Positions 63,116-64,000 of a stretch of 64,000 nt of DNA are shown piece after piece. The stretch covers positions 287,990 through 351,989 of the forward strand of contig NMRA01000219.1 in the NCBI GenBank assembly GCA_002633005.1, read 5' to 3'. A program made the position numbers and the translations under genes. Numbering within the stretch: the first letter of the stretch is position 1; every line of letters begins with the position of its first letter. Under the pieces are notes generated by a model. That model was given only the letters and a program-made list of their open reading frames with translations. It did no database searches and was not told the DNA's origin. The stretch is from Phoronis australis. Lineage: Eukaryota; Animalia; Phoronida.

Positions 63116-64000
63116 GTAAGTTAAGCAGTAGTCACGTACACAGGAGTCCTTGAATTGAGAACCAGGTTGGTGCTATAGTAAATATAGAAACTATTGGGAA
63201 TCAAATAAACACAACGTTTTGGTGATTTCAACCAATCCTCGTTTTGTCGCCTGCTAATGCGTAATGGGGCTATTCGGAGAATTCTCCTCGCGGTGTCGCT
63301 GCTGTACTAGTGGTGATTAAATTGCGCATGCGTGGCTGTCTGCATGTAAACAACTGGTAAAAGATGGAATTTTTATCAAAATACGTTGTCGCGCTAAGCC
63401 TTGTTACTGCTAATTTCCCTGGTGCAAGTCTTCGACAGGTGGCCAGAAATTCACAAAAGACCTAAGGTTACTATATTCGTGGACAATTACGGTCAACAGG
63501 GTCAACTAACTGACAAAAAGTGTGTGGATGCTGAAGCCCCGTGTGTGCTCTATGTCTATGACTATGCAGTTCCATTCGGAGAATACACAACATTACTTGG
63601 TAAGTTTTTAGCTATTAGTTTCTATCAACATCGTTCGGTGATGTTATCCCCACCAGTTACCCCACTGAATAACAGTTTTATTGAGTGGAACTAAGTGTTT
63701 CTTTTTGGAAACTCACCCGATGCCGGGTAGGCTAGCAGCACATATTCATATTGGCCTGGGTGGGACAGTGCTCCCAAAATAAGAGGTGTATGGTACGTGA
63801 TGCACAGAAGTCAAGAGTGACTTTTTCACAGCAGTTTCTCTTCAAAGCTATGCTGTTTCCAATAAAATTCTCTAGATGAGTGAGTTTCCTTATTTTATCG
63901 TGGACCCCACCCCCAGGACCACCAGCTCAGTTATCGAATTAACATGAATAAGCATTAATTCAGTAAATGTCGTAACATTGCATTGGAAAAAAATTGACAC

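Noticed and set aside
1-64000. Prokaryotic defence operon or horizontally acquired cluster (dGTPase plus RT)
   Set aside because: The HD protein is a multi-intron SAMHD1 and all RTs are ordinary, disrupted metazoan retrotransposons

Overview
AT-rich eukaryotic (metazoan, most likely marine invertebrate) draft-assembly DNA, not prokaryotic. The window is dominated by one spliced host gene on the + strand, a SAMHD1 orthologue (SAM + HD-domain dNTP triphosphohydrolase). I reconstructed 13 coding exons from 8292 to 63115 (1575 nt, 525 codons, all GT-AG, phases consistent, no stops); the last exon(s) lie beyond the window. Introns and upstream DNA are packed with transposon relics: CR1/L2-group LINEs (one near full length with a decayed 2A-like motif), two tail-to-tail Hero-clade REL retrotransposons, Penelope-like fragments, a Copia 3' end with LTR, two solo LTRs, a Kolobok deletion derivative with a nested Helentron-type element, a decayed THAP gene, a DIRS/Ngaro-type SGNH relic, many MITEs and a 5.9-kb foldback. 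Two apparent duplications abut single-N joins and look like uncollapsed haplotypes. Most interesting: (1) a conserved hammerhead-core motif in non-circularly permuted order at the 3' end of both Hero elements; (2) SAMHD1 has substitutions at both sugar-gate positions (human L150->M, Y374->C) with an otherwise intact catalytic site; (3) a 2.3-kb-armed inverted repeat in SAMHD1 intron 1. Family assignments and human residue numbers come from recalled motifs, not database searches.
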